Below, one piece after another: positions 15,168 through 23,412 of a stretch of 45,006 bases of DNA. This stretch comes from a virus: UHGV virus genome UHGV-0282798, one strand, 5' to 3'. Every line of letters begins with the position of its first letter. Positions within the stretch are counted from its first letter, which is position 1. The notes below the pieces were generated by a model. It was given only the letters and a program-made list of their open reading frames with translations. It did no database searches and was not told the origin of the DNA. The position numbers and the translations under genes are program-made.

Positions 15168-15794
15168 ATGGGCATTAAACTGAATCTGCGTAAAGTAAAC
15201 ACTGCATGGGTTAACGTATTCGAACGCGAAAAAGACCGTGAAAACGATGATGGCTCAATCACTAAAGGCCAGTACAGCGCGACTATTATCCTGCCGTCTG
15301 ACCATGCTCAAATCGACGCACTCTACGACACTGTTTACGCGGTAGTTGAGGAAGCGTTAGGTGCAGCGGCTGCCGAGAAGTGGATGAAGTCCAACTACGG
15401 CGAGGGTAAGCACATGGATAAATGCGCGATTAAAGACATTGCTGAGCGTGACAATCCGTTTGAAGACTTCCCGGAAGGCTTCTACTTCAAAGCGAAGGCA
15501 CAGAAACAGCCGCTGATTGTGACCTCTAAAAAAGGTGAGACTCAGGTAGAGCAGGACTTCAACGTAGACGGCGAACAGATTGAAGGCGAACAGGTTTACA
15601 GCGGCTGCGTTGCTAACGTAAGCGTTGAAATCTGGTTCAGCCAGAAATATAAAGTCCTCGGCGTTAACCTGCTGGCAATTAAATACGTCGGTGAAGGTAA
15701 AGCGTTCGGTGGTTCTAAAGTCGCCGCGAGCGTCGATGACCTGGAAGACGACGATGAAGATGAAGCACCACGCCGCGAACGTCGTCGTCGCTAA
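15168..15794 (+). CDS. ssDNA-binding protein, T7 gp2.5-like (putative)
   Basis: N-terminal pattern KLNLRKVNTAWVNVFE ... YSATIILPSDHAQIDAL resembles the gp2.5-like (DUF2815) family as I recall it; acidic tail VDDLEDDDEDE. Confidence 0.5.
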   Translation: MGIKLNLRKVNTAWVNVFEREKDRENDDGSITKGQYSATIILPSDHAQIDALYDTVYAVVEEALGAAAAEKWMKSNYGEGKHMDKCAIKDIAERDNPFEDFPEGFYFKAKAQKQPLIVTSKKGETQVEQDFNVDGEQIEGEQVYSGCVANVSVEIWFSQKYKVLGVNLLAIKYVGEGKAFGGSKVAASVDDLEDDDEDEAPRRERRRR

Positions 15795-15814
15795 TATCTG
15801 AATCAATTTAACTA

Positions 15815-15839
15815 AGGCCCTTCATTGGGCCTTTTTATT
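15815..15839 (+). terminator. Intrinsic terminator
   Basis: Stem AGGCCC (15815-15820) / GGGCCT (15827-15832), loop ttcatt, then TTTTATT. Confidence 0.6.
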
Positions 15840-15853
15840 AAGGGTACAAAATA

Positions 15854-16009
15854 ATGTTTTTCTGTAAGCACGTTTATCGCTATATGAAACCACTTCCGTG
15901 GTATGCAGATGAGTACCGGGCCGGGTACAGACATGTGTGGATTTGCCGTGATTGTATGAAAATAAGATTAAGCGAAACGAAGGCACTGGATTTAAGGAAA
16001 AAGAAATGA
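15854..16009 (+). CDS. Small Cys/His-containing ORF (51 aa)
   Basis: Own translation MFFCKHVYRYMKPLPWYADEYRAGYRHVWICRDCMKIRLSETKALDLRKKK; stop overlaps the polymerase ATG (ATGA). Confidence 0.3.
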   Translation: MFFCKHVYRYMKPLPWYADEYRAGYRHVWICRDCMKIRLSETKALDLRKKK

Positions 16010-18255
16010 GTTACCTGTTCTTAGACTTTGAAACATTCTCCGAAGCCGATTTGAAGAAAGTCGGTTCCTACGCTTACGCCGAACATCCGTCAACCGAAGT
16101 GCTTATCTGTACATACGCTTTTGACGACGCGCCGGTGCAGGTATGGGATTGCACAGACGGCAGCGACATGCCTGGGGATTTGCATCGCGCGTTACGCCGT
16201 CTGGTGAAGCCAAACAGTCGCATCAAGATGGTGTGGCATAACGGTGGACTTTTCGATAGGCTCATCATGAAGCACTGCTGGGGCTTTGATATTCCGGTAA
16301 GCAACACCATTGATACGATGATTTGGGCGTTTCGTCACGCGTTGCCGGGTTCTCTTGATGCACTGTGCGAAGTGTTGGGCGTATCTGCGGACAACGCAAA
16401 AGACAAACGCGGCAAGGCGCTGATTCAGCGTTTCTCTAAACCGACGCCGAAGAACTACAAAATCCGCCGTTACACCGCAGAAACACACCCGGACGAGTGG
16501 GCACTGTTCATCAAGTACGCCGTTAGCGACATCACTGCGATGCGTGAAGTATTCCATAAGCTGCCGCGGTGGGGTAACTCCGAGTTCGAGGACCGCGTAC
16601 TGGAACTGGACCAGTTAATCAATGACCGGGGGTTTAAGGTTGACGTAGCGCTGGCGGAAGCCGCGATTGCAGCCGTGGAGAAACACAAAGCGCAGTTACA
16701 AGAAGAAGCCCAACGCAAATACGGCGGCTCGCTTACGGGTAAAGACTTTCTGCCTATTCTGCGCGAACTAGCTCCTGCGCACCGCATCCACAACGCACAG
16801 AAGTCTACGCTTAACGACCTGCTGGCGGACGATGATTTACCGGACGACGCACGCACGATTATCGAAATGCGCCTCGGGGCCGCGTCCACAGCGTCAACGA
16901 AATATAACCCGCTACTGTTGGGCCGCTCTTCTGACGACCGACGTCGCGGTTGTATCCAGTACGGCGGGGCCAAGCGTACGTTACGGTTTGCGGGTAAAGG
17001 CTTCCAGCCGCAGAACCTGGCGCGCGGGTACTATCACGACGACCCGAAGAATAAAAAGAAGAAAGTACGTTATGACTGGATGTCAGAGAAGGACTGGTGG
17101 AGAGTAACACACCCATTGTCCTACGGAATCGACCTGTTGTTTAAAGGCCGTGCACACCGCCGTTTTGATGTAGCCAAACTAACGGCATCGACGGTGCGTA
17201 GCTGCATCATACCGGAAGCAGGACATAAGTTTGTCGTCGCCGATTACTCTAACGTTGAAGGCCGTGGTTTGGCGTGGCTGGCTGGAGAAGAAACCGCGCT
17301 CGATACGTTCCGCGCCGGGCTGGATATTTACTGCGTAACCGCGGGTAAGATGTTCGGAATGGACCCTGATTACATTCTCGAAAGCCGTAGTGACCTACGC
17401 CAGATTGGTAAAGCCTGCGAACTGGGTCTCGGCTACGCAGGCGGCGTAGGTGCTTTCGTTCAGTTTGCTAAGAACCTCGGCTTAAACCTTGTTGATATGG
17501 CAAAAACAATGGACGGGACATTCCCCGACCATATATGGGCCGCTACTGCACGCGGCTATGAATGGGCACGTATTCAGGAAGCCAAGCGACCTCCGCGGCC
17601 AGGTGAAAAGGATGACCGACCATCGTATATTCTTGATAAGAAAGTGTGGCGTACCTGCGACGCTATCAAGCGCATGTGGCGTGAGTCACACCCGGAAACA
17701 GTAGCTTTCTGGCGTGATATTGAAGACGCGGCTATGGCGGCTATCCGCAACCCTGGCAAAGAGTTCACCGCAGGCCCGCGCGGCGTTAAGTTTTCGCGTA
17801 ACGTGGAGACAGACAACAACGGCAACAAAGTCGCTGGTTGGTGGTTGCGCATGACGTTGCCGTCAGGTCGCGTTATGTCCTACCCGGGCGTCGGGTTAAG
17901 CGTGTCGAAAGAAACAGACGAAGATGGAAAAGTGTCTACTAACGTGCGCATCAAGTACCAGGGCGAGAACCAGCTAACCCGTCAGTGGGGTTTCCAATAC
18001 ACCTACTCTGGTAAACTGGTGGAAAACTGCACTCAGGCGCTATGCCGTGATTTGCTGGCTAATGCGCTGCTGAACGTCGAAGCAAACGGCTATCCAATTG
18101 TACTTCATGTCCACGATGAGATTATCTGCGAGACACCAGACACTCCCGAGTACACGGTGGCTGAACTTGAGCGGTTGATGTGCGAATTACCGGAATGGGC
18201 CGAGGGGTTCCCTCTTGTAGCGGAAGGTCAGGAGTTAAAACGTTATGCTAAGTAA
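16006..18255 (+). CDS. DNA polymerase, family A, with 3-5 exonuclease domain
   Basis: Exo motif FLDFETFS; Pol A motif A DYSNVEGR, motif B RQIGKACELGLGYAGG, motif C VLHVHDEI. Track ORF begins at an in-frame TTG (15952); ATG 16006 has an AAGGA RBS. Confidence 0.85.
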   Translation: MSYLFLDFETFSEADLKKVGSYAYAEHPSTEVLICTYAFDDAPVQVWDCTDGSDMPGDLHRALRRLVKPNSRIKMVWHNGGLFDRLIMKHCWGFDIPVSNTIDTMIWAFRHALPGSLDALCEVLGVSADNAKDKRGKALIQRFSKPTPKNYKIRRYTAETHPDEWALFIKYAVSDITAMREVFHKLPRWGNSEFEDRVLELDQLINDRGFKVDVALAEAAIAAVEKHKAQLQEEAQRKYGGSLTGKDFLPILRELAPAHRIHNAQKSTLNDLLADDDLPDDARTIIEMRLGAASTASTKYNPLLLGRSSDDRRRGCIQYGGAKRTLRFAGKGFQPQNLARGYYHDDPKNKKKKVRYDWMSEKDWWRVTHPLSYGIDLLFKGRAHRRFDVAKLTASTVRSCIIPEAGHKFVVADYSNVEGRGLAWLAGEETALDTFRAGLDIYCVTAGKMFGMDPDYILESRSDLRQIGKACELGLGYAGGVGAFVQFAKNLGLNLVDMAKTMDGTFPDHIWAATARGYEWARIQEAKRPPRPGEKDDRPSYILDKKVWRTCDAIKRMWRESHPETVAFWRDIEDAAMAAIRNPGKEFTAGPRGVKFSRNVETDNNGNKVAGWWLRMTLPSGRVMSYPGVGLSVSKETDEDGKVSTNVRIKYQGENQLTRQWGFQYTYSGKLVENCTQALCRDLLANALLNVEANGYPIVLHVHDEIICETPDTPEYTVAELERLMCELPEWAEGFPLVAEGQELKRYAK

Positions 18256-18376
18256 ACTGATTATCGCGGTACTGGCGGGATTTGCCGCCGGTGTCTACTG
18301 TCACGAGGGCCAATACGGCATGATTGTCGCCGTAGTGGGCATGTTCATCGCAATTTATCTGTGGGTGCTGGAATGA
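18245..18376 (+). CDS. Tiny membrane ORF (43 aa)
   Basis: Own translation MLSKLIIAVLAGFAAGVYCHEGQYGMIVAVVGMFIAIYLWVLE; overlaps the polymerase stop. Confidence 0.25.
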   Translation: MLSKLIIAVLAGFAAGVYCHEGQYGMIVAVVGMFIAIYLWVLE

Positions 18377-18462
18377 AAATTTACTGGTTCTATGAAGAAG
18401 ACCGTCGAATCTGCCCGCGCTGCGGTATTGAGCATACAAAACGCGAGGGGTGCGTATTATGA
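18373..18462 (+). CDS. Tiny Zn-ribbon-like ORF (29 aa)
   Basis: Own translation MKIYWFYEEDRRICPRCGIEHTKREGCVL; ATGA coupling on both sides. Confidence 0.2.
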   Translation: MKIYWFYEEDRRICPRCGIEHTKREGCVL

Positions 18463-18611
18463 CAATGTTTGTATTTTGGACGATGGTAACCCTGCTCGCA
18501 CTGCTACTCGGCGCAGGAATAGCCGCGATGTTCTGTTATAGCCTGTTCTTTAAGTTTGTTGGCGTTGCCGTCCTCGGTGGAGCTTTCCTTACATGGGTTC
18601 TGCGCGCATGA
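18459..18611 (+). CDS. Tiny membrane ORF (50 aa)
   Basis: Own translation MTMFVFWTMVTLLALLLGAGIAAMFCYSLFFKFVGVAVLGGAFLTWVLRA; ATGA coupling to the VRR-NUC gene. Confidence 0.25.
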   Translation: MTMFVFWTMVTLLALLLGAGIAAMFCYSLFFKFVGVAVLGGAFLTWVLRA

Positions 18612-18892
18612 CCCCGGAAGGCAAGATTCAGAAATACGCAAAAGAGAGGTTCGAGGCCCTGGGCGGCCTCGTTAGAAAATTGTCGTACGAAAATAGAGTA
18701 GGCGCTCCTGACCTGCTGGTGATTCTCCCCTGGAGCATCGTCTGGTTCGTCGAGGTGAAGAAAGACGAAAACACGAAGCCAGACCCGCACCAGCTACGTG
18801 AGCACGAGCGGATGCGCAAACGCGGTGCAAATGTTTTTGTCGTTGGTTCGTTTAAACAGGTTGACGACCTAATAGCGAACTATTATAGTTAG
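18608..18892 (+). CDS. VRR-NUC domain nuclease
   Basis: GAPDLLVIL ... FVEVKK ... Q pattern typical of VRR-NUC. Track ORF 18593; ATG 18608 (MTPEGKIQ). Confidence 0.55.
   Translation: MTPEGKIQKYAKERFEALGGLVRKLSYENRVGAPDLLVILPWSIVWFVEVKKDENTKPDPHQLREHERMRKRGANVFVVGSFKQVDDLIANYYS
18861..18889 (+). promoter_or_regulatory. Promoter TTGACG-17-TATAGT with dyad
   Basis: -35 18861-18866, -10 18884-18889; dyad AATAGCGAACTATT 18871-18884; lies inside the 3-prime end of the VRR-NUC gene. Confidence 0.45.
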
Positions 18893-18922
18893 GCACACAC
18901 CAACAATATAAGGAATTGAGAA

Positions 18923-19114
18923 ATGAAACACGAATATGACCGCAAACCCGCACGTGACATCGTACCTGGTGACATGATTTTCAACGTTAAGACCCGTCGT
19001 CCTGTTGCCGTTGATACGGTGTACGTCGAGTCGAATGGTAAACTGGTTATCGAAGATGTAACTGGTAACGTTACGGCGTTCGGGCGTAAAGAGTTAGTTC
19101 TGGTGGCGAAATGA
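18923..19114 (+). CDS. Hypothetical small protein
   Basis: ORF track; ATGA coupling to the next gene. Confidence 0.4.
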   Translation: MKHEYDRKPARDIVPGDMIFNVKTRRPVAVDTVYVESNGKLVIEDVTGNVTAFGRKELVLVAK

Positions 19115-19794
19115 TTGTCTGGTCATTGTTTGACGGTTCGGGCCTTATGGCCCAACCGTGGGCAGAAGCAGGCCATACTTGCTATTGTTTCAACTACGAC
19201 GGTGCCGACCACGGCGACTACGCACGATTGGGCGCAAAAGTTGAACACGAGAACATCCACTATATAAACGCGTGGATTGATAATAAGTTCGACTTCGAGG
19301 TTGCGCCAGATATTATTTTTTCGTTCCCTCCGTGCACAGATTTAGCCGTTAGTGGCGCTGCGCATTTCGAAACCAAGCGGAAGAAGAACCCAACGTTTCA
19401 GGTAGGGGCCGTTATCACATGTAAAGTGGCTGCGCGTCTGGCTAAAAAGTACAACGTACCCTATATGATTGAGAACCCGGTTAGCGTTCTTTCGTCTTTA
19501 TGGCGTAAACCCGATTACGTGTTCAATCCTTACGACTACGGAGGTTATCTACCGGAAAACGACACACATCCAATGTTCCCAGAGTACATAAAACCGAGGG
19601 ACGCGTACCCTAAAAAGACATGTCTTTGGGTGGGTAATGGTTTCGTAATGCCGGTTAAGTCGGGTGTTGCCGTGGGTGATGGGTATTCTGACCAGCACAA
19701 CAAACTTGGCGGTAAATCAGTGCGGACAAAAACAATCCGCAGCCTCACCCCGCGGGGTTTTGCAAAAGCAGTTTACGAGGCTAATCATGTCTAA
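19111..19794 (+). CDS. Compact C5-cytosine-methyltransferase-like protein (~227 aa)
   Basis: Motif I SLFDGSG; motif IV DIIFSFPPCT (PC, but T replaces the usual Q); motif VI MIENP (ENV-like); RSLTPRGFAKAV resembles motif IX; no room for a normal target-recognition domain. Confidence 0.5.
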   Translation: MIVWSLFDGSGLMAQPWAEAGHTCYCFNYDGADHGDYARLGAKVEHENIHYINAWIDNKFDFEVAPDIIFSFPPCTDLAVSGAAHFETKRKKNPTFQVGAVITCKVAARLAKKYNVPYMIENPVSVLSSLWRKPDYVFNPYDYGGYLPENDTHPMFPEYIKPRDAYPKKTCLWVGNGFVMPVKSGVAVGDGYSDQHNKLGGKSVRTKTIRSLTPRGFAKAVYEANHV

Positions 19795-21211
19795 GTTTCA
19801 AAGGCGCGAGTACCAGAAACTCATGACTTCGTTCATGTTGCGGCACCATCGCTGTAACATATGGGCGAGCATGGGCGCCGGGAAGACTGGCAGCGTACTG
19901 TGGGCATTAAACCGACTGTTCCGCAACGGTCAAATTAACGATGACGACCGCGTGTTAATCCTTGCCCCGTTGCGCGTTGCGTCCGGCACATGGCCAGCAG
20001 AACAAGAAAAATGGCAATTCCCGTGTCTACGTGTCGTCGATGCAACTGGTTCGGAGAAGCGCCGCATCGCGGCGCTGGAGTCTGACGCTAACGTGGTGTG
20101 CACGAACTACGAAGTTATCGAGTGGCTGATTGACTACTACGGCAAAGACGACTGGCCTTTTACGGTTATCGTTGCCGATGAGAGCACGAAACTGAAGTCA
20201 TTCCGCAGCCGTTCTGGAGGTAGCAAGCGGGCAAAGGCGCTCAGCAAAGTGGCGTTCGGTAAAGTTAAGCGTTTTATCAACCTGACTGGTACGCCGTCGC
20301 CGAACGGCCTCAAAGACTTGTGGGGTCAGAACTGGTTTATCGACGCTGGCGAGCGCCTGGGGTCGTCGTACACGGCATTCACCGACCGATGGTTTAACTC
20401 TGTACAGAAAGGCAAATCCGCGATGGCGCGTGAGTATCATGCGCGCCCTGGCGCGGATAATGAAATTCACCAGAAGATGAAGGACATCAGTCTTACGATT
20501 GATGCCGCTGAGTGGTTCGGTTGTGAAGCGCCGATTATTGTTCCAGTTGAAATCGACCTGCCGAAGAAAGCACGTCAGGCGTACATCGATATGGAGGAAA
20601 AGTTATTCGCGGAACTGGAGAGCGGGGAAGTTGAAGCGGCTAACGCGGCGGCGAAGACGTCGAAGTGTTTGCAGATTGCATCCGGTGCCGTATATGTATC
20701 CGGGCCAGACGGCGACGCAACCAAAGACTGGGAGAAAGTGCACGACACGAAACTTGATGCTCTTGAGTCAATTGTTGAGGAGTTACAGGGTTCGCCGCTA
20801 TTGGTGGCCTATCAGTTCAAGCACGAACTGGAGCGTATCCTTAAGCGATTCCCGCAGGCGCAGGCGTTTTCTAAAGGTGCGAAGGGTAATAAGCAGATGG
20901 AAGCGTGGAACCGAGGAGAGATACCTATGCTATTGATACACCCAGCCTCCGCAGGCCACGGGCTGTCGCTACAACACGGCGGGCATCACATGGCTTTTAT
21001 GAGTCAGGGATGGAACCTGGAACACTATTTGCAGGTTATCGAGCGAATAGGTCCGGTAAGGCAGATGCAGTCTGGGTACAAACGGTCGGTATTCATTTAT
21101 CAAATAATAGCCCGAGATACTCTTGATGAAGTTGTCTCCGCTCGTACAGACGAGAAAAGGTCTGTACAGGACGAACTACTTAACTATATGAAGAGAAGGA
21201 GTAAGAAATGA
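19787..21211 (+). CDS. SNF2-family helicase
   Basis: GAGKTG (Walker A), ADESTK (DExx), LTGTPSPN, HPASAGHGLSLQ. Track ORF 19664; ATG 19787 (MSKFQRREYQ) overlaps the upstream stop. Confidence 0.75.
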   Translation: MSKFQRREYQKLMTSFMLRHHRCNIWASMGAGKTGSVLWALNRLFRNGQINDDDRVLILAPLRVASGTWPAEQEKWQFPCLRVVDATGSEKRRIAALESDANVVCTNYEVIEWLIDYYGKDDWPFTVIVADESTKLKSFRSRSGGSKRAKALSKVAFGKVKRFINLTGTPSPNGLKDLWGQNWFIDAGERLGSSYTAFTDRWFNSVQKGKSAMAREYHARPGADNEIHQKMKDISLTIDAAEWFGCEAPIIVPVEIDLPKKARQAYIDMEEKLFAELESGEVEAANAAAKTSKCLQIASGAVYVSGPDGDATKDWEKVHDTKLDALESIVEELQGSPLLVAYQFKHELERILKRFPQAQAFSKGAKGNKQMEAWNRGEIPMLLIHPASAGHGLSLQHGGHHMAFMSQGWNLEHYLQVIERIGPVRQMQSGYKRSVFIYQIIARDTLDEVVSARTDEKRSVQDELLNYMKRRSKK

Positions 21212-21396
21212 AATTGTTTTGTGTTAGCTCAAACGTACCTGAGTTCAAAGAGGGTGAAGAATATCTGGCCTACTATAACGGCATTGAGTACCGCGTAATT
21301 TATGATGACTCGGGCTACATAATCGCCGATTACGATGATGACTCGGGCTACATAATCGCCGAGTTCTTTAACGACGGTTTGGTGGAGTTCGAATGA
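21208..21396 (+). CDS. Small protein with internal tandem duplication
   Basis: ORF track; protein contains DDSGYIIA twice. Confidence 0.4.
   Translation: MKLFCVSSNVPEFKEGEEYLAYYNGIEYRVIYDDSGYIIADYDDDSGYIIAEFFNDGLVEFE
21304..21360 (+). repeat. Perfect 24-bp direct repeat separated by 9 bp
   Basis: gatgactcgggctacataatcgcc at 21304-21327 and 21337-21360. Confidence 0.8.
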
Positions 21397-21533
21397 TGAA
21401 CATCATAGCCCCGATTCCGGCATTGCAAAAACGTATCAAGGAACTTGAGGAGGAGGTTCTACGACTACGGCAGCAAAGAGATGCCGCTAATGCGCAACTG
21501 GCGTTTGTACTGGAGAAGTTATCAGAAGAGTAG
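21393..21533 (+). CDS. Small coiled-coil ORF (46 aa)
   Basis: Own translation MMNIIAPIPALQKRIKELEEEVLRLRQQRDAANAQLAFVLEKLSEE; overlaps the upstream stop; last plus-strand gene before the terminator. Confidence 0.3.
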   Translation: MMNIIAPIPALQKRIKELEEEVLRLRQQRDAANAQLAFVLEKLSEE

Positions 21534-21538
21534 AGAAA

Positions 21539-21568
21539 AGGCCCCAAACGGGGCCTTAGTTTTAGATA
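21539..21568. terminator. Bidirectional terminator hairpin between convergent blocks
   Basis: Stem AGGCCCC (21539-21545) / GGGGCCT (21550-21556), loop aaac, then TAGTTTTA; near-identical to the hairpin at 34422-34441. Confidence 0.6.
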
Positions 21569-23400
21569 GATACATTACCAGCAACCTTCCACACACCAGA
21601 GCCAACATGAACCCATTTATAAGGTTGCCCTGCAATCGGCGTAATAAGCTCCCATCGTGCCCCGTTTCCGAATTGTGTAACCGACACGTCAGGCGGAACG
21701 CTCCCGTATACGTGTGCAATGCCATTAATGAGGTACCCGGTAGCAGTCCAGGATGAAGTACCCCAAACGGTGTAATTACCATTATAGTGTGAGTAGTTTA
21801 GCCATGATGTTGAAGCCCCCCACAGGACTCTGGAAGCCTCCGGTGCAACAGTGTTATCAATGTTAAGAGTAGTGTCATTAACTTGCCAGTATTTGCTAGT
21901 ATGTGAGCCAGAGAACTCTGGTAAGTAACTTGCTGTAATCGTCACACCGCATTGTGTAAATATGCATGCAACCACACCTGTATCCACAAGGTTAACACCA
22001 CGGAACCCATTAATAACCATTCTTGACTGATTACACTCAAAGAAACTTCCGTGTATTTCTTCGGCCCCACAGCCATCCATCACTACACTAGTACACCCTA
22101 AGAATACATAAGCGGAACCAGTTACATAATCCGCGGCACAACCTTTAAGATTGGAATAAGTAATGTTAGTAAACTTATATGCCCAACGGGATACATTCCT
22201 GACATAAACATTATTTAAGTTAAAGGTCGTACCACCAGTATCTACAGAAATACCATCTTGAACATCTTTAATGAGAAGTGAATCAAACACCTGAAGCCAG
22301 CTATCACTTGTTCGGTACCCTGTCATCACGTTTTCTATATACAGGTCTTCTAATCGAACCATGTAACTAATCGCGCTATAGATGCCATAGGCATTTTTGG
22401 CGGGAGCAGCTCCAATTAAGCTCATCCCAGTTATTCCTCCGGAACGACTAAAGTTACCGGTTAAATCACCAGCCTCACTGGAATCCATATCTATAGCGGC
22501 GATAAAATCAAGCGAAAAGCTATGCGGCGCACCCTGCCATATACGATCAGGAACTGTTTTAATATCGTTGCCTGTTTTGCGTAGGCCGCAGGAGTCTCTG
22601 CCAATCCCCTCCCACATGACGCGGGGAGGGCGTATAGCTCCATACTTAATATCATAAAAATCTGAGAATCTTAACTTACCTCCAGTCTGTGGAAGGCAAG
22701 AATGAATACGCTCAAGAGCTTCACTGTTTTGCTCAGCTGTACGAGATGCCATCATGCCGCCGTTCTCTACCGGAATATCGATGTGGCTTCCTGCTCTCTT
22801 CCAGCGCTTACCTCCGGGGGTAACAAAAATATTCACACCATCATCAGCTTCAGAACTGGAAAAGGCTATAAATGTTCCTCCCCCAAGCCCGGGTGTGTCA
22901 GAGTAGTAGCCGCGTACCGTGATAACTTGGTTAGATACGGTTGGTTCTATCGTCCGCAGAGTAGCCACATCGGGGCAAGTTCCTACTAATTTTTCTCCGT
23001 CGATTTCGGATAATTCTTCGCGTAAATTCGGGTCGGTCTGCGGCTTCCAGTTAAAGTTACCAACCGGGTTAAATGATGCGGGGACAACAACCGGCAACGT
23101 ACCCGCATACGAGTACCACGTCTTGCTTACAGGGTCATACACCACTTTGTCGCGGTCATTAACTGTTAACGTACCGCCGGTGGAAAAGTCCCACGATACA
23201 GGAGAAAAACCTGCATCGCGCAACACGGCCGGAAGCGTCTTCTGTGTCTGCCCGGTAACCTGATTTGTCGCGTAATCGATATCAGCGCCACCAGCAACAC
23301 CACCGGATTTACCGGTGATAACTTCGGCTTCGAAAATCTGGTGCTTCTTGGCGGTTTGCAAATCCGCCAGGCTTAGAACGTCACCGCATCCGCTTGACAT
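21562..23400 (-). CDS. Tailspike / receptor-binding depolymerase (putative beta-helix)
   Basis: 612 aa; last gene of the tail module; Gly/Ser/Asn/Thr-rich repetitive core; distinct N-terminal ~120-aa module MSSGCGDVLSLADLQTAKKHQIFEAEV. Confidence 0.6.
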   Translation of the reverse strand: MSSGCGDVLSLADLQTAKKHQIFEAEVITGKSGGVAGGADIDYATNQVTGQTQKTLPAVLRDAGFSPVSWDFSTGGTLTVNDRDKVVYDPVSKTWYSYAGTLPVVVPASFNPVGNFNWKPQTDPNLREELSEIDGEKLVGTCPDVATLRTIEPTVSNQVITVRGYYSDTPGLGGGTFIAFSSSEADDGVNIFVTPGGKRWKRAGSHIDIPVENGGMMASRTAEQNSEALERIHSCLPQTGGKLRFSDFYDIKYGAIRPPRVMWEGIGRDSCGLRKTGNDIKTVPDRIWQGAPHSFSLDFIAAIDMDSSEAGDLTGNFSRSGGITGMSLIGAAPAKNAYGIYSAISYMVRLEDLYIENVMTGYRTSDSWLQVFDSLLIKDVQDGISVDTGGTTFNLNNVYVRNVSRWAYKFTNITYSNLKGCAADYVTGSAYVFLGCTSVVMDGCGAEEIHGSFFECNQSRMVINGFRGVNLVDTGVVACIFTQCGVTITASYLPEFSGSHTSKYWQVNDTTLNIDNTVAPEASRVLWGASTSWLNYSHYNGNYTVWGTSSWTATGYLINGIAHVYGSVPPDVSVTQFGNGARWELITPIAGQPYKWVHVGSGVWKVAGNVSI

Positions 23401-23412
23401 ATAGAGTCCTCT

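Noticed and set aside
19111-19794. Calling the C5-methyltransferase-like protein a functional restriction-modification methylase
   Set aside because: No cognate restriction endonuclease is adjacent, the protein is too short for a target-recognition domain, and the catalytic PCQ is PCT; it is reported as MTase-like with unknown activity.
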